Of a stretch of DNA of 64,000 nucleotides, positions 61,759 to 64,000 are shown piece after piece (the first letter of the stretch is position 1; every line of letters starts with the position of its first letter). A program made the translations under genes and the position numbers. Source of the stretch: Haliotis rubra. Lineage: Eukaryota. The notes under the pieces were generated by a model. The model had not been told where the DNA came from. It did no database searches and saw only the letters and a list, made by a program, of their open reading frames with translations. Location of the stretch: positions 1,922,001 to 1,986,000 of the forward strand of contig NW_025767057.1 of NCBI RefSeq assembly GCF_003918875.1. Direction: 5' to 3'.

Positions 61759-61992
61759 AGAATTGATCTTCAGTAACCCATGCTTGTCGTAAGAGGCGAC
61801 TAATTGGATCGGGTGGTCAGGCTCGCTGACAGGGTTGACACATGTCATCGTATCCCAATTGCGTAGATCGATGTTCATGCTGTTGATGACTGGATTGTCT
61901 GGTCCAGACACGATTATTTACAGACCGCCGCCATATAGCTGGAATATTGCTGAGTGCGGCGTAGAACCTAACTCGATCACTCATAAACTCAC
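61759..61992 (+). repeat. Family B SINE whose tail ends at the Deltex paralog splice donor
   Basis: The tail ...actcataaactcac overlaps the minus-strand GTGAGT donor at 61987-61992. Confidence 0.8.
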
Positions 61993-62116
61993 CCGTTGTG
62001 TCCCATTATGGAAGTGGTAGTGGTGCCACAGGTCTCATAGCCAGGTAGGTGCTCCCCACTGAAGGCCACATCCATGATACCCTCCGGCTGGTTCCCTGTC
62101 AGGACGCCATAAACCA

Positions 62117-64000
62117 TGTATCGCACTTAGAGATGAGCGTGCTGTCTCTTTAGTGGATGTCCTTTCATGAATAATTCAAGTCCGTCTGCGGGTCCACAAC
62201 TGTTTATTCAGTGCTACACTTTCAAGCGTAGGCTCGAACTTCTCTGCAGCTTCTCCTCTCAGGCCTATTGCCTGTCCCGTTATATACCCAGGGTTGGTCA
62301 TTCTTGGTCCTTTGTCTTTGGCCCCCCTTCGCATCTGGTCAGTGATGAGTCAACCTTCTTCGCTCTCCCCATTTGCTCCTAATCCTAATTAGGACTCTAA
62401 TCATCATTTCTGGACATTAATTATGGCTTTGCCTCATTATCATGACTTAGCCAAAGTGTCCTTTGTCCAGTGTTCCGCTGATCAGGGGCTATAGTTTAAT
62501 CCCCTGTCCAGTACTATATTTAGGGGACAGCACGTGTGTTCGATTAGCGTGGGATGGCTGGTCATCTATTAGTGACCTCCCTACCCGCTGTCACTCCTAT
62601 TGGTATTGCCCAGAGACAATGGCATCTCACTGACCAGAGCGAGTGTTTAATTACTTAATTTGCTTAATGAGAGGGGGCCAGCTGGACCTCTAATATTCTA
62701 CCCTGGATATACTTCCCCGTCGTATCGTAAGGACGTGACCTCACGTCCTTACGTGGAGAATGTGACCAATGACCGTGACCAACCGTGAGGTACAATAATG
62801 TTACATGTGAATGGAGATTACAATGTCAATGGAGTACAGTATTTACATGTGATGTACATACAACACATTCACATGGCGAGTGTTATTAAATGATGGACAT
62901 GATACATTCAAACAAAGACGAGTTATAGTAGCGTTATATAATGTACAAGTTATGATAGAGCACCGTTACCGATTGAATTTAAGTGATGGGCATACATGGA
63001 AGTTGTGATATAATGTGGACCCGTATTTGTCACTTTACAAACTAATAACATATATACAGAGCTACAATTACATTCCACTAAGATATAATGCGACCTAACA
63101 GAAATATGGTGGTGTGTAAAGTGTTTGCGGAATCCAATGATGTATATGTGACAGACCATCATTGGTGTGTATGGTGTGTCTTCACAATCATGTAGTTGTG
63201 TGCGGGCTCGAGACTGTGATGCTGGTAATTATAGGGGTGGTACTGGGAATGTGGGTGGGGGTTGACTTGTACACTGTCAGCATAACTATTATTACTATTT
63301 CTAAGCAGTTAAAAGTGAAATCAACTGACAACTAAAAGTAAAACAACTGACCGGATATAATTTAAGGCACAAGGTATAGGTCCATCATAGTCAATCACAG
63401 GCGCTCTTTAAAGTGCTCTCTGTGCACTCATTCATCCTAGTCACTACTAAACACATCCTTTGTGTTACCTACTCTCCTACTCACATCGCCTGTATCAAAC
63501 TAATCCTCTAAATGACGTCATCTTTAACTACACAAATTTTCCTTAGGTCAGCTGGCCCTATACTACCGGGACTTGTGGGGGAGTAAATGGTCGCTCTAAA
63601 CACTCTCCCATGGATATCGAGCACGCCTGTGGACCCACCCGTGATCAAGAGACAGGTAGGCGGTGGAATCCATCAGCTAACCCTGCCGCAGAGCGACAAA
63701 CACCTGGTGCCTCTCCAGGGTCCTCCGACAATGGCGTGATGGCTCTTTTGTCTGTGGTTGCCCTGTACCTGGTTCCGACAGCTGACACCTCCTCCTCTCT
63801 TCACTACTCTACTACTTCCTTCAACCAGGGATACTCTACAACCTTATATAGTCTCCCTGCTTCAACATACTACAACTACTGGTGTCTCTCCAGGGTCCCC
63901 AGACAATGGCGTGATGGCTCTTTTGTCTGCGGTTGCCCTGTACCTGGTTCCGACAGCTGACACCTCCTCCTCTCTTCACTACTCTACTACTTCCTTCAAC
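62117..64000 (-). mobile_element. Probable LTR retrotransposon (3' LTR about 62117-62711 plus internal sequence) inserted into the Deltex paralog exon
   Basis: Deltex homology breaks at TGTATC. The segment ends GATATA (imperfect terminal inverted repeat) and is followed by cttcccc, a minus-strand polypurine tract, and a short hairpin. No pol ORF in the window; about 100-bp direct duplication at 63728 and 63902. Confidence 0.5.

Overview
Eukaryotic, intron-rich animal DNA, most likely a mollusc: the two dominant SINE families resemble abalone (Haliotis) repeats as I recall them, which I could not check. Four host loci are visible. (1) A minus-strand single-pass cadherin with at least 17 exons (ATG 16396, running off the left edge). 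It has about 10 cadherin repeats built from an internally duplicated 5-repeat exon cassette. (2) A tandemly duplicated plus-strand unit, BTB-BACK-kelch-like ORF followed by BTB-BACK ORF (20114-23062 and 25862-28684). Its splice signals suggest one double-BTB protein, and copy 2 carries three -1 frameshifts. (3) An intact minus-strand Deltex-family E3 ligase with an unusual N-terminal macrodomain (Macro - low-complexity linker - C3HC4 RING - DTC, about 790 aa), with IRF-element-like motifs around its putative first exon. (4) A second, disrupted Deltex paralog. Its last intron holds a DIRS1-type tyrosine-recombinase retrotransposon with both terminal repeats and an internal complementary region. 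Nested inside that are two LINE fragments and a virus-like (Maverick/Polinton-like) mini-gene cassette. The paralog's RING-DTC exon is cut by a probable LTR element. Also present are two decayed DD34E Tc1 transposons, several MITEs, about 20 SINE copies and six minisatellite arrays (23, 37, 23, 52, 74 and 58 bp units). No CRISPR, rRNA or bona fide tRNA genes were found. Exon models were assembled by hand from GT-AG signals and reading-frame phase, with no transcript data.
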